Of a DNA stretch of 64,000 nt, positions 32,519-41,455 are shown piece after piece. The translations under genes and the position numbers were made by a program. Below the pieces are notes generated by a model. The model saw only the letters and a program-made list of their open reading frames with translations, searched no databases and was not told where the DNA came from. Every line of letters begins with the position of its first letter. Position 1 is the stretch's first letter. This DNA comes from an uncultured Litoreibacter sp. (GTDB lineage Bacteria; Pseudomonadota; Alphaproteobacteria; Rhodobacterales; Rhodobacteraceae): assembly GCA_947494645.1 (NCBI GenBank), contig CANLVO010000002.1:302359-366358 (forward strand), read 5' to 3'.

Positions 32519-33127
32519 TCATCGACACAAGATGTTGTGGACCGGTTTATAGGAACGCCGATGATGTGGTGTCACCCCGTGTTGCTCTAATGCACTGAGA
32601 TGCTCTTTGGTGGGGTATCCCATATTTTTGCCCCAATTGAAGGCGGGATATTGTTGCGCCAATGCACACATGATCCGGTCACGGGTCACTTTTGCCAAAA
32701 TCGAGGCCGCCGCGATGGACTGAGACCGGCCATCGCCCTTGACCAAAGGGGTTGCCGGCTGCGTCAGGTCGCGCGGCACCTTGTTGCCGTCAACCAGCAC
32801 GTGATCCACATCGCTGATCCCCGCCACTGCCCGGCACATGGCCAGATGGGACGCGTGATAGATGTTGAGCGTGTCGATCTCCTCGACGCTGGCTTCGGCG
32901 ATACAATATTTTGCCCGCAGCTTGATCTGTTCGAACAGAGCCTCGCGTCTGGCGGCGCTGAGTTTCTTTGAGTCGTTCAGCCCTTCGGGGATGTCATTTG
33001 GGTTCAGCACCACAGCGGCGGCCACAACCGGGCCAGACAAAGGCCCGCGCCCGGCCTCGTCGACGCCTGCGACATGCGACATGCCTTGCGCGATCAAATC
33101 GGCCTCGAATGAAAAATCTGGGGTCAT
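32519..33127 (-). CDS. rnhB: ribonuclease HII
   Basis: Internal ATG at 33127 (MTPDFSFE...). VAGVDEAGRGPLSGPVV and DSKKL are RNase HII catalytic motifs. Confidence 0.9.
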   Translation of the reverse strand: MTPDFSFEADLIAQGMSHVAGVDEAGRGPLSGPVVAAAVVLNPNDIPEGLNDSKKLSAARREALFEQIKLRAKYCIAEASVEEIDTLNIYHASHLAMCRAVAGISDVDHVLVDGNKVPRDLTQPATPLVKGDGRSQSIAAASILAKVTRDRIMCALAQQYPAFNWGKNMGYPTKEHLSALEQHGVTPHHRRSYKPVHNILCR

Positions 33128-33216
33128 GGGCCTTTCAAACACCGGCCAGCCAGGAAAGGCAAAGAGAAAGGGGGCGACCTGTGCGGTCACCCCCGACTGT
33201 GCGCACTCGTTACGCA

Positions 33217-33663
33217 TTACGCGCGCCACCCTTGCTGGCGCAGACAGCGCGGCGCATAGAAATAACGCGGACCGCTATTGGTCTGGTTTTGGCGCAGGCA
33301 GGTTTGCGGCAACTGCGCCTGAGCGTGGCGCTGCATGCAGCGTGCGCCATACACCTGACGATTGCCGCGATGGGTCCATTGCTCGCGAATACAGCGCTGC
33401 GGCGCCACGCGGGCCCGGTCGATGCGTGTTGCCCGGCGGTTCTTCTGATATAGCGGCGTTGGATGCTCGACCCGGCGGTTGACCTGTGCCGCCCGTGCGC
33501 GTTCCCGGTCACGCTTCTTGTTGGCCGCATTGGCCAGGGCCCCGATGACAACCAACCCTGCGATGACTTTGAATACATCTTCATCCGCACGGGCAGGAGC
33601 GGCGGTGAAGCTGGTCGCCACAAGGGCGATGCTCAGGATACTTGCTAGAATTGGGCGTCTCAT
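33217..33663 (-). CDS. hypothetical secreted Arg/Cys-rich protein
   Basis: The ATG at 33663 has a GGAGGA RBS. A signal peptide (MRRPILASILSIALVATSFTAAPARA) is followed by a hydrophobic segment and a basic C-terminal region with 4 Cys. Confidence 0.5.
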   Translation of the reverse strand: MRRPILASILSIALVATSFTAAPARADEDVFKVIAGLVVIGALANAANKKRDRERARAAQVNRRVEHPTPLYQKNRRATRIDRARVAPQRCIREQWTHRGNRQVYGARCMQRHAQAQLPQTCLRQNQTNSGPRYFYAPRCLRQQGWRA

Positions 33664-33817
33664 TGGGGGTCCTCCGAATGGATGTTGATGGATGGTCGCT
33701 TGGACCTGCCCCACAAACCTGACCCCGACCCCGGTGCTAGACAATTTCAGCGCGGTGATAGGCGTTATCGCCACTTTGATATTGAATAACAGCGCCAAGC
33801 AGCCCCATCTGTCGGGC

Positions 33818-34111
33818 ATGAAACACAGAGCCCTCTTTATCGCTGCGCTGATCGCGCTGAGCCTCGGCAGCACGGCCGCCCATGCAGGCTGTTACGCCGA
33901 TTACAAAGCCAAGAAAGACAATCCGTTGCAGCTGCATTACGGTGTCATTGAGCTGCCGCAATCCCTGTGCGACGGCGGAAACGTGGCTGCCGCCATTGCG
34001 CCCCGTCTGGCGCGCGAGGGCTGGACGCTGCTCAATGTGCTCAGCGTCTTTGAGGATGCCGGGCTTGAAAGAAGGAAAGCCAGTGCCGGGCCATTCTACC
34101 TCCGTTTCTAA
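33818..34111 (+). CDS. hypothetical small secreted protein
   Basis: Internal ATG at 33818. The 97 aa product has a signal peptide, MKHRALFIAALIALSLGSTAAHA. Confidence 0.5.
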   Translation: MKHRALFIAALIALSLGSTAAHAGCYADYKAKKDNPLQLHYGVIELPQSLCDGGNVAAAIAPRLAREGWTLLNVLSVFEDAGLERRKASAGPFYLRF

Positions 34112-34781
34112 GCTGACGCCCGCGCGGGTCATCTTGATCGGGGTCGCCGCCATCGTGGTGATCCTGACCCTCGCCGCCGTGGTCCTGTTCGCCAGCCTGC
34201 CCGACGCCAATGCGTTCAACGCGCGGGTCGAACAACTGTTCATGGAGAACGACTCCCTGACCGGGCAGGCCGAGATCAAGCTGCTGGAAATTCTCGCAGG
34301 CTCAGGCACCGCGTTTTCGGAAACGCTGGCCTCTTATCGGTTCATCATCTTCGTGCTGATGGTGTTCGCCACCGCTTTGCTGATCGCGACCTTGGTGTCG
34401 ATGGTCTCGCTCGTTGGTTTGGCGCGACGCATGGCAGAGGTTGAGAAATCCGGCATTCAGGTGAACGCCCTGACCGTGCACCGCGACGCACGGGTGGTGC
34501 AGATCAACGACATGGAGTTCAAACTGACCGCCGCCGCATTGGAGACCCTGTCCGTTCTGGCAGAGGCGCGTCTGGACGACGACATCCTGTCCGGACTGGA
34601 GATAGAGAGCGTGATTTCCGGCAAACCCGCCGCGGACTGCGACGAGGCCGCAGGCGCCGTCCGCATCAAACGCCTGCGTGACCATCTGGGCAACCAGCTG
34701 ATGAGCGAGCTGTTGATCAAGAACATCGCCCGCAAAGGCTACATGCTCGCCGTTGAGCCCGGTGCCATCCGCATGCTCTAG
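34083..34781 (+). CDS. membrane-anchored protein with C-terminal OmpR/PhoB-type winged-helix DNA-binding domain
   Basis: The GTG at 34083 is preceded by AGGAA; an alternative ATG lies at 34056. There are two TM helices (VILIGVAAIVVILTLAAVVLFA and FIIFVLMVFATALLIATLVSMVSLVGLA). The C-terminus shows LTAAALETLSVLA...VRIKRLRDHLG...IARKGYML. Confidence 0.5.
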   Translation: MPGHSTSVSKLTPARVILIGVAAIVVILTLAAVVLFASLPDANAFNARVEQLFMENDSLTGQAEIKLLEILAGSGTAFSETLASYRFIIFVLMVFATALLIATLVSMVSLVGLARRMAEVEKSGIQVNALTVHRDARVVQINDMEFKLTAAALETLSVLAEARLDDDILSGLEIESVISGKPAADCDEAAGAVRIKRLRDHLGNQLMSELLIKNIARKGYMLAVEPGAIRML

Positions 34782-34812
34782 CGCCGCGACAGCTTTGTCT
34801 GGGACTGAAAAC

Positions 34813-34889
34813 TGGCGACCCCGGCAGGATTCGAACCTGCAACCTGCCCCTTAGGAGGGGGCTGCTCTATCCAGTTGAGCCACGGGACC
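34813..34889 (-). tRNA. tRNA-Arg (anticodon CCT)
   Basis: Hand-folded 77-nt cloverleaf: acceptor GGTCCCG/CGGGGTC (two G-U pairs), D arm GCTC..GAGC, anticodon stem GCCCC/GGGGC with loop CTCCTAA, T arm GCAGG-TTCGAAT-CCTGC, and an encoded CCA. Confidence 0.9.
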
Positions 34890-34929
34890 ACGGGGGCTTT
34901 TGTGGGGAATTCTTGGGTGATAGGCAACA

Positions 34930-34970
34930 AAAAAGGGGATGCGCAATTGGCCCAAGCGCGTCCCCTTTTC
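34930..34970. terminator. orphan terminator-like hairpin between divergent tRNA-Arg and the LacI-family gene
   Basis: 10-bp stem (ggggatgcgc pairs with gcgcgtcccc; one G-U on the + strand, which is a C-A mismatch on the - strand) with an 11-nt loop. It is flanked by AAAAAA and TTTT. No CDS ends here on either strand. Confidence 0.35.
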
Positions 34971-35010
34971 AGTGGCTTGATCCGACGTCTCCGACGGGCA
35001 AACCGATCTT

Positions 35011-35025
35011 TGTTAGCGGTAACGT
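35011..35025. promoter_or_regulatory. candidate LacI-family operator (imperfect palindrome TGTTAGCGGTAACG)
   Basis: Half-sites TGTTA/TAAC around a central CG-containing core, about 80 bp upstream of the LacI-family gene. It resembles gluconate-type LacI operators as I recall them. Confidence 0.3.
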
Positions 35026-35104
35026 AGCGGCACATTACGGTTTGGACAAGCCCATGAATGCGGGTTAAGAAAGGGGACCTCATCCTTGGACAAGGGCCGC
35101 CCAT

Positions 35105-36136
35105 TTGACCAGCAGATCCGACCCGGATTACCGGCCTAACCTGACCCTTCGTGACGTCTCTGAGGCGTCTGGTGTTTCTGAGATGACCGTCAGCCGGGTG
35201 TTGCGCAATCGTGGCGAGGTCTCCGAGAAGACCCGCGAGAAGGTGCTGACTGCGGCGCGGGAGATGGGTTACGTGCCCAACAAGATCGCGGGCGCCTTGG
35301 CGTCGAACAGCGTCAATCTTGTCGGCGTGATCATCCCATCGCTGTCAAACATGGTCTTTCCCGAGGTCATGATGGGCATTTCCAGCGTGCTGGACGACAC
35401 CCCGTTGCAACCTGTGGTGGGCGTCAGCGGCTACGAGCCCGAAAAGGAAGAACAGGTTATTTTCGAAATGCTGTCCTGGCGTCCGACCGGGCTGATCGTC
35501 GCAGGGCTTGAGCATACCGAAGCCGCCCGCAAGATGATGAAGAACTCGGGCGTCCCGATTGTCGAGATCATGGATGTGGACGGACCCGCCATTGATGCCT
35601 GCGTGGGTATCAGCCATGAACGCGCCGGGCGGGAAACCGCGAAGGAAATCCTGAAACGCGGCTATCGCAAGATCGGATTTCTGGGCACCAAAATGCCGCT
35701 CGATCACCGGGCCCGGAAACGGTTTGAAGGCTTCAAGGCAGTGCTTGAGGAGGCCGGGCTGTCTTTGGCGGATGAGGAATATTACTCCGGCGGCTCTGCA
35801 TTGGCCAAGGGCCGGGAGATGACCGAGGCGATTTTGACGCGCTCCAAGGACCTCGATTTTCTGTATTATTCCAACGATATGATCGGCGCGGGCGGGCTGC
35901 TCTATTGCACTGACGCAGGCTATGACGTGCCAGGAGATATTGGGCTGGCGGGCTTCAACGGCCTGGAATTGCTGGACGGGATGTCCAAACAGCTGGCGAC
36001 GATGGACAGCTGCCGGGTGGAAATTGGCCAGAAAGCCGCCGAGCTGATCGCGGATGCGCTTAGCAAACCCAGCACAATCGAGAACCGATTTATTGAGCTG
36101 TCCCCGGTCTTTGCGCCCGGACAAACTGTCCGCTAG
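35105..36136 (+). CDS. LacI-family transcriptional regulator (gluconate/sugar-acid type)
   Basis: 343 aa ORF with a TTG start. It has an N-terminal HTH (LTLRDVSEASGVSEMTVSRVLRN) and a periplasmic-binding-protein-like sugar-binding core. Confidence 0.85.
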   Translation: MTSRSDPDYRPNLTLRDVSEASGVSEMTVSRVLRNRGEVSEKTREKVLTAAREMGYVPNKIAGALASNSVNLVGVIIPSLSNMVFPEVMMGISSVLDDTPLQPVVGVSGYEPEKEEQVIFEMLSWRPTGLIVAGLEHTEAARKMMKNSGVPIVEIMDVDGPAIDACVGISHERAGRETAKEILKRGYRKIGFLGTKMPLDHRARKRFEGFKAVLEEAGLSLADEEYYSGGSALAKGREMTEAILTRSKDLDFLYYSNDMIGAGGLLYCTDAGYDVPGDIGLAGFNGLELLDGMSKQLATMDSCRVEIGQKAAELIADALSKPSTIENRFIELSPVFAPGQTVR

Positions 36137-36230
36137 GGTCGAAAACCCAGCAAGTCTTACCGATTTATTCATCTCTGAGCGCTATGGCTGCGGCACCCCC
36201 CGAAATCGGTGCGAAAGTTGAGGCATTCAG

Positions 36231-37007
36231 ATGGCCAAAGGCGCCCGGCGCGCAGCAGGAGATATTCTTGACGCGGCCATGCCCTTTCTGCGGCGCTATG
36301 GGCGTGCGCTGACCGGACATCAACAAGGCGGCGACACATTGGCCGCAAAGGCCCGGCTGTCCACCCGACCTGAGATGAACGCGATCTCGGCGATAGATAT
36401 TCGGGTGCGGCTATTCGCCAATCTCAACACCTCGTGGAATGCGCTGCGCACCTGTTCGCTGAGCCAGACGGCAGCGCGGCGGCAAATTCTGGCGCTGACG
36501 CCGGGGTCACGGGAAACGCTGCTGTTGCGAGCCGTCGAGGAATTTTCTTTCCCGCAGATTGCCAACATCCTTGGGGTGTCGCAGCAGATTGTGCCGGACC
36601 TGTTCGAGACCGCGTTGCAGGAGATGCCTTACCGCACGGGCAGTCGCGTGTTGATCATCGAAGACGACCCGATGGTCGCGATGGATATGTCGAGCTGCCT
36701 GGGGGATATGGGATGCACCGTCACGGGCGTCGCGCGGACCGCGTCGGAGGCCGTTTCTCTGGCCAGCACCTCGCCGCCGGAATTGATCCTTACCGCGTTG
36801 AGCCTAGCGGACGACTCCTCGGGACTTGAGGCCGCGCGCCGGATCAGCGCCGCGCACCCTGCCGTGTCATCCGTCTTTGTGACGCCGTACCCGGAAAAAC
36901 TGTTGACCGGCACCGCGGGGGAGCCGGTCTTCATCATTGCGAAACCCTATCTTGAAGAGCAGGTGCGCAGCGCCGTCAGCCAGGCGTTTATTCTCAGCAG
37001 CCACTAG
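36231..37007 (+). CDS. phyR: PhyR-like anti-anti-sigma regulator (sigma-like N-domain plus receiver) lacking the phospho-acceptor Asp
   Basis: LRRYGRALTG at the N-terminus and VLIIEDDPMV...PELILTALSLADDSSG...FVTPYPEKLLTG...IAKPY align with Caulobacter PhyR (LVLADIQLADGSSG). The expected Asp codon is GCG (Ala) at 36795-36797. Confidence 0.75.
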   Translation: MAKGARRAAGDILDAAMPFLRRYGRALTGHQQGGDTLAAKARLSTRPEMNAISAIDIRVRLFANLNTSWNALRTCSLSQTAARRQILALTPGSRETLLLRAVEEFSFPQIANILGVSQQIVPDLFETALQEMPYRTGSRVLIIEDDPMVAMDMSSCLGDMGCTVTGVARTASEAVSLASTSPPELILTALSLADDSSGLEAARRISAAHPAVSSVFVTPYPEKLLTGTAGEPVFIIAKPYLEEQVRSAVSQAFILSSH

Positions 37008-37183
37008 GTGGTTGTGTTGCCCCGGGGTCCTGCGAAGAACCAGATCAGGAAGCCGATCAACGGAAGGATTAGCACCAGCAGGATCCACAGGATCTTGGTG
37101 CCTGTCTCGACCTTGGAATTGAAGATGGATGCGATTGCCCAGATATCGAGGACAAAAATCAGAAGGCCGCCTATCGTTTGCAT
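37004..37183 (-). CDS. small membrane protein, PLD-nuclease N-terminal (PLDc_N)-like, 59 aa
   Basis: Below the ORF-track cutoff. Hand translation gives MQTIGGLLIFVLDIWAIASIFNSKVETGTKILWILLVLILPLIGFLIWFFAGPRGNTTT. An AGGAAAG RBS lies upstream and there are two TM helices. Confidence 0.5.
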   Translation of the reverse strand: MQTIGGLLIFVLDIWAIASIFNSKVETGTKILWILLVLILPLIGFLIWFFAGPRGNTTT

Positions 37184-37341
37184 AGCATGTCTTTCCTGTT
37201 GAACCTGTCGGCGGGGACCGACTATCTCGCATGGTTTAACACTTTTCGACGGGCAGTGGAAACGAGAAGCCTCGGCTTTGCCCTCGACAGCGGGGATGAC
37301 TTACGGTCAAGTCGCCCCGAAAAACGGAAGGATCACAGGTC

Positions 37342-38238
37342 ATGGCGCGCAAACTGATCGGTATTGGCGAATGCATGGTAGAGCTGTCGCAGGCCGAGGG
37401 CGGCTTGATGCGGAAGTCTTTCGCGGGTGATGTGTTCAATTCGCTGTGGTACGCGCGGGCGGCCTTGTCTGAAGACTGGTCTGTGGGGTTCCTATCCGCC
37501 GTTGGGACGGACCCAACCTCCGAGGAGATGGTGACGTTTATCGAGGCCGCTGGCATTTCATGCGACCCGGTGCGGCGTCTGCCGGACCGCCGCCCCGGGC
37601 TTTATATGATCCATCTCGACGGGGCGGAACGCAGCTTTTCGTATTGGCGCGACACCTCAGCGGCCCGGATGTTGGCAGCTGACCCTGCGCATCTGGCGCA
37701 AGTGCTTGGCGAGGCGGATGTGGCGTATCTGTCGGGCATCACATTGGCGATCTTGTCGGATGAGGATTTGGCGCATCTGCATGACGCTTTGGCCATGGCC
37801 CGCGCCAACGGGTGTTTCGTGGCATTTGACCCCAATATCCGCCCGGCCCTTTGGCGCAGTTCGGACCATCTGAAAGCCACGATTGCCAAGACGGCCTCGG
37901 TCGCTTCTTTGGTCTTCCCGAGTTTTGACGACGAGCAAGCCGCGTTTGGAGACACCTCGCCGCAAGCCAGTCTGGAGCGGTATCGCGGCTACGGCGCAGA
38001 GCAGGTCGTGGTCAAGAATGGCGCAGACGATGTGCTGTGCTTTCTGGGGGGTGAAACTCAGCTTTATAACACGCCGCCTGTCGCCTCCCCGGTGGACACC
38101 ACCGGGGCGGGGGACTCGTTTAATGGCGCTTTTCTGGCAAGCTACCTGCAGCATGCTGATGGAGGCCAAGCGGTTCAGGCCGGCCAAAGCTGCGCGGCTC
38201 AGGTGATCTGCCACCATGGGGCGTTGGTTGCGCTGTAG
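37342..38238 (+). CDS. kdgK: PfkB-family sugar kinase, 2-dehydro-3-deoxygluconokinase-like
   Basis: 298 aa ORF. The N-terminus (IGIGECMVELS...FAGDVFNS) parallels E. coli KdgK, and the C-terminus has the PfkB motif DTTGAGDSFNGAF. Confidence 0.75.
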   Translation: MARKLIGIGECMVELSQAEGGLMRKSFAGDVFNSLWYARAALSEDWSVGFLSAVGTDPTSEEMVTFIEAAGISCDPVRRLPDRRPGLYMIHLDGAERSFSYWRDTSAARMLAADPAHLAQVLGEADVAYLSGITLAILSDEDLAHLHDALAMARANGCFVAFDPNIRPALWRSSDHLKATIAKTASVASLVFPSFDDEQAAFGDTSPQASLERYRGYGAEQVVVKNGADDVLCFLGGETQLYNTPPVASPVDTTGAGDSFNGAFLASYLQHADGGQAVQAGQSCAAQVICHHGALVAL

Positions 38239-38354
38239 AATTTTTGCAACAAGCGGACCGAACAGACATCACATCAAATTTCTGACCCCTCTGTGGACCT
38301 TAGCCCGGCGGTTGTTTAGGGATTGCGCCAAACAGCATAAAGGTTCCTTGCGTC

Positions 38355-40571
38355 ATGGCAGATATGAAAACTCCCGACATTGTTTATACCAAAGTGGACG
38401 AAGCTCCTGAGCTGGCTTCTGCTTCGTTTCTGCCGATCATCCAGAGCTTCACCTCTGCTGCTGGCGTGACGGTCGGACAAAGGGACATTTCACTGGCCGG
38501 GCGCATCATTGCGGCATTCCCAGAAAACCTGACCGAAGAGCAGCGGCAGAGCGACGACCTTGCCGCCCTTGGCCAACTGGTGAAGACACCGGACGCCAAC
38601 GTGATCAAGCTGCCCAATATCTCGGCCTCCGTGCCGCAGTTGGTGGACGCCGTGACCGAGCTGCAAGGCAAAGGCTACGCGCTGCCCGACTACCCGGAAG
38701 CGCCGGAAACAGCGGCCGAGAAAGATGTCCGTGCGCGCTATGACGCGATCAAGGGCTCTGCAGTGAACCCGGTGCTGCGGGAAGGCAACTCCGACCGCCG
38801 TGCGGCGGCCGCTGTGAAGAACTATGCGCAGGCCAACCCGCACCGGATGGGTGCGTGGTCGGCAGACAGCAAGACCCGCGTTTCGACAATGAACGCAAAC
38901 GATTTCCGGTCGAACGAAACCTCTGTGACGCTGGTAGGTGAAGCCACCGCACGGATCGAACTGGTGGGCAAGGATGGGTCAACGAGTGTCTTGAAAGAAG
39001 GTATCGCCTTCCCTGCGGGCACCATTGTGGACGCCTCCTTCATGTCAGCAAAAGCGTTGAGCGCATTTCTGCAAAGCCAGGTGGAAGCGACCAAAGCCGA
39101 GGGCACGCTGTTTTCGATCCATATGAAGGCCACGATGATGAAGGTCTCTGACCCGATCATTTTCGGCCATGCGGTCCGTGCTTTCCTGAAGCCGGTCTTC
39201 GAGACCTATGCCAGCGAACTGGACGCTGTTGGCGCGAACCCAAACTCTGGTCTGGGCGCGGTGCTGGAGGCGGTTGCAACCTCGCCGAAAGCGGACGAAA
39301 TTCTCGCAGCCATTGACAAGACCATGGCCGATAACCCGCCGCTTTACATGGTCAATTCCGACAAAGGTATCACCAACCTGCATGTGCCATCCGACGTGAT
39401 CATCGATGCGTCCATGCCTGCATTGATCCGAGCTGGTGGCAAAGGCTGGGGGCCGGATGGCAAAGAGGCCGACACGAATTGTGTGATCCCAGACAGCTCT
39501 TATGCAGCCGTTTATGACGCCTCTATTGAGGACTGTAAGGCCAATGGTGCGCTTGACCCGTCGACGGCCGGCACAGTTCAGAACGTAGGGCTGATGGCGC
39601 AGAAGGCCGAAGAGTACGGCTCCCATCCGACGACGTTTGAGATCCCGCATGACGGCACCGTGCGCATGGTGTTGGACAATGGCGACGTGATCCACGAGCA
39701 CGCTGTTGAGGCGGGCGATATCTGGCGTTCCGCCTCCACCCGTCAGGCCCCGATTGAAGACTGGGTGCAGTTGGCCATCGACCGTCAGGCGCTGGAAAAC
39801 TGCGAAGCCATCTTCTGGCTGGACGAGACCCGCGCCCATGACGCCGAGCTGTTGAAATACGTGCGGCCGCTGCTGGAGAAAGCAGGCGTGTCCGCGAAGT
39901 TCCAGATCCTGAACCCTGAGGAGGCAACAAAAGTCAGCTTTGCCACGATCCGGGCGGGCAAAACCTCGATTGCGGTGACGGGTAACGTGCTGCGCGACTA
40001 CCTCACCGACCTGTTCCCGATCCTTGAGCTGGGCACGTCGGCCAAGATGCTTTCCATCGTCAAGCTGATGCAGGGCGGCGGATTGTTTGAAACCGGCGCA
40101 GGCGGCTCCGCACCCAAGCATGTGCAGCAACTGATGGAAGAAAACCACCTGCGGTGGGACAGTCTGGGTGAATTCTGTGCCCTGGGCGAAAGCCTAAAAT
40201 ATTTGGGCCAGGTCAAGGGCAACAAGAAAGCGCATGTGCTAGGTGCCGCCGTGGACGCGGCAACGCAAGGCATCTTGGACCACGACAGATCACCGGGCCG
40301 TAAGGTAGGCCAACCGGACAACCGCGACAGTCATTTCTACTTTGCTCTCTACTGGGCTCAGGCGCTGGCGGCACAATCAGAGGATGCGGATCTGGCGGCG
40401 CATTTTGCCCCGATTGCGGAAAGCCTTGCCGCGGCGGAAGACAAGATCGTTGCAGAGCTGGCCGCTGTTCAGGGCAAACCGGCTGACACTGGCGGCTATT
40501 TCCGGGCTGATCCGGCGAAGACCGCTGCGGTGATGCGGCCCTCGGCCACGCTGAATGCGATCATTGGTTAG
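38355..40571 (+). CDS. icd: NADP-dependent isocitrate dehydrogenase, monomeric type
   Basis: 738 aa ORF. The N-terminus ([14 protein letters not shown]) and the size are diagnostic of monomeric IDH. Confidence 0.9.
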   Translation: MADMKTPDIVYTKVDEAPELASASFLPIIQSFTSAAGVTVGQRDISLAGRIIAAFPENLTEEQRQSDDLAALGQLVKTPDANVIKLPNISASVPQLVDAVTELQGKGYALPDYPEAPETAAEKDVRARYDAIKGSAVNPVLREGNSDRRAAAAVKNYAQANPHRMGAWSADSKTRVSTMNANDFRSNETSVTLVGEATARIELVGKDGSTSVLKEGIAFPAGTIVDASFMSAKALSAFLQSQVEATKAEGTLFSIHMKATMMKVSDPIIFGHAVRAFLKPVFETYASELDAVGANPNSGLGAVLEAVATSPKADEILAAIDKTMADNPPLYMVNSDKGITNLHVPSDVIIDASMPALIRAGGKGWGPDGKEADTNCVIPDSSYAAVYDASIEDCKANGALDPSTAGTVQNVGLMAQKAEEYGSHPTTFEIPHDGTVRMVLDNGDVIHEHAVEAGDIWRSASTRQAPIEDWVQLAIDRQALENCEAIFWLDETRAHDAELLKYVRPLLEKAGVSAKFQILNPEEATKVSFATIRAGKTSIAVTGNVLRDYLTDLFPILELGTSAKMLSIVKLMQGGGLFETGAGGSAPKHVQQLMEENHLRWDSLGEFCALGESLKYLGQVKGNKKAHVLGAAVDAATQGILDHDRSPGRKVGQPDNRDSHFYFALYWAQALAAQSEDADLAAHFAPIAESLAAAEDKIVAELAAVQGKPADTGGYFRADPAKTAAVMRPSATLNAIIG

Positions 40572-40574
40572 TCC

Positions 40575-41258
40575 ATGACAGGTTTCGTCATCCCCGCCCC
40601 CGCCCAAGCGCAGCTGCCGGTTCAAGGGGGCGGGGCCTTTCCGGTGCGGCGGGTCTATTGCATCGGCCGCAACTACGCCGCCCATGCGGTCGAGATGGGG
40701 CATGACCCGGACCGCGAACCGCCGTTTTTCTTTCAGAAGAACCCCGACAGCCTCGATGCGAGCGGGCAGTTCCCCTACCCGGCAAAAACGAGCGACGTGC
40801 ATCACGAAGCAGAGCTGCTGGTGGCCCTGAAATCGGGCGGCACCGATATTGCCTTTGAGGATGCATTGGATCACGTCTGGGGCTACGCGCCCTGCCTCGA
40901 CATGACGCGGCGCGACCTGCAGGGGGACGCCAAGAAAATGGGGCGCCCTTGGGAGATCGGGAAGTCATTCGAACGCTCTGCTCCTGTGGGGCCATTGCAT
41001 CAGGTTTCCGAGGTTGGACATCCGAAAACGGGGGAGATCGCTCTGACCGTGAACGGCGAGCTGCGACAAAGCGGTGATCTGAGCCAGATGATCTGGAAAG
41101 TGCCGGAAATGATCGCGTATTTGTCGGAGTATTTTGAGCTTGCCGCAGGCGACGTGATCCTCTCTGGCACGCCCGCTGGCGTGGGTCCGATTGTGCGCGG
41201 CGACGTCATGGTGGTCTCCATCGCGGGTTTGAACCCGCTGCAGGTCGAAGTCGTCTGA
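40575..41258 (+). CDS. fumarylacetoacetate hydrolase (FAH) family protein
   Basis: 227 aa ORF with FAH-fold motifs (IGRNYAAHAVEMG, HEAELLV, GDVILSGTPAGVG). Confidence 0.85.
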   Translation: MTGFVIPAPAQAQLPVQGGGAFPVRRVYCIGRNYAAHAVEMGHDPDREPPFFFQKNPDSLDASGQFPYPAKTSDVHHEAELLVALKSGGTDIAFEDALDHVWGYAPCLDMTRRDLQGDAKKMGRPWEIGKSFERSAPVGPLHQVSEVGHPKTGEIALTVNGELRQSGDLSQMIWKVPEMIAYLSEYFELAAGDVILSGTPAGVGPIVRGDVMVVSIAGLNPLQVEVV

Positions 41259-41455
41259 AACTGGCCTCGAATTTATGCTGATTTACCGGCCCCGCAGTTG
41301 GGCCGATCTGCCGGATAAAGACCCGCTCCGAGACTCAATGTTTCCGTCCTAGAAACACCCAACACCTGCCCAGATTTAGACAGAATTAATTGAGATGGTT
41401 TCGTCAGAGGCGTGTGGGATTGCTGCGTGCTGTGTGATGAAGGGTGAGGTTTGCT

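Noticed and set aside
33217-35104. Genomic island or prophage integrated at tRNA-Arg.
   Set aside because: There is no integrase, excisionase, transposase or phage gene. I saw no direct repeat of the tRNA 3' end, and the composition looks like the surrounding chromosome.
36137-37341. EcfG-type promoter (GGAAC-N16/17-CGTT) in front of the PhyR-like gene, the PLDc_N micro-ORF or kdgK.
   Set aside because: Only loose matches were found, such as GAAAAC...CGATT near 36140-36166 and GGAAAC at 37258. None has correct spacing to a CGTT -10 element.
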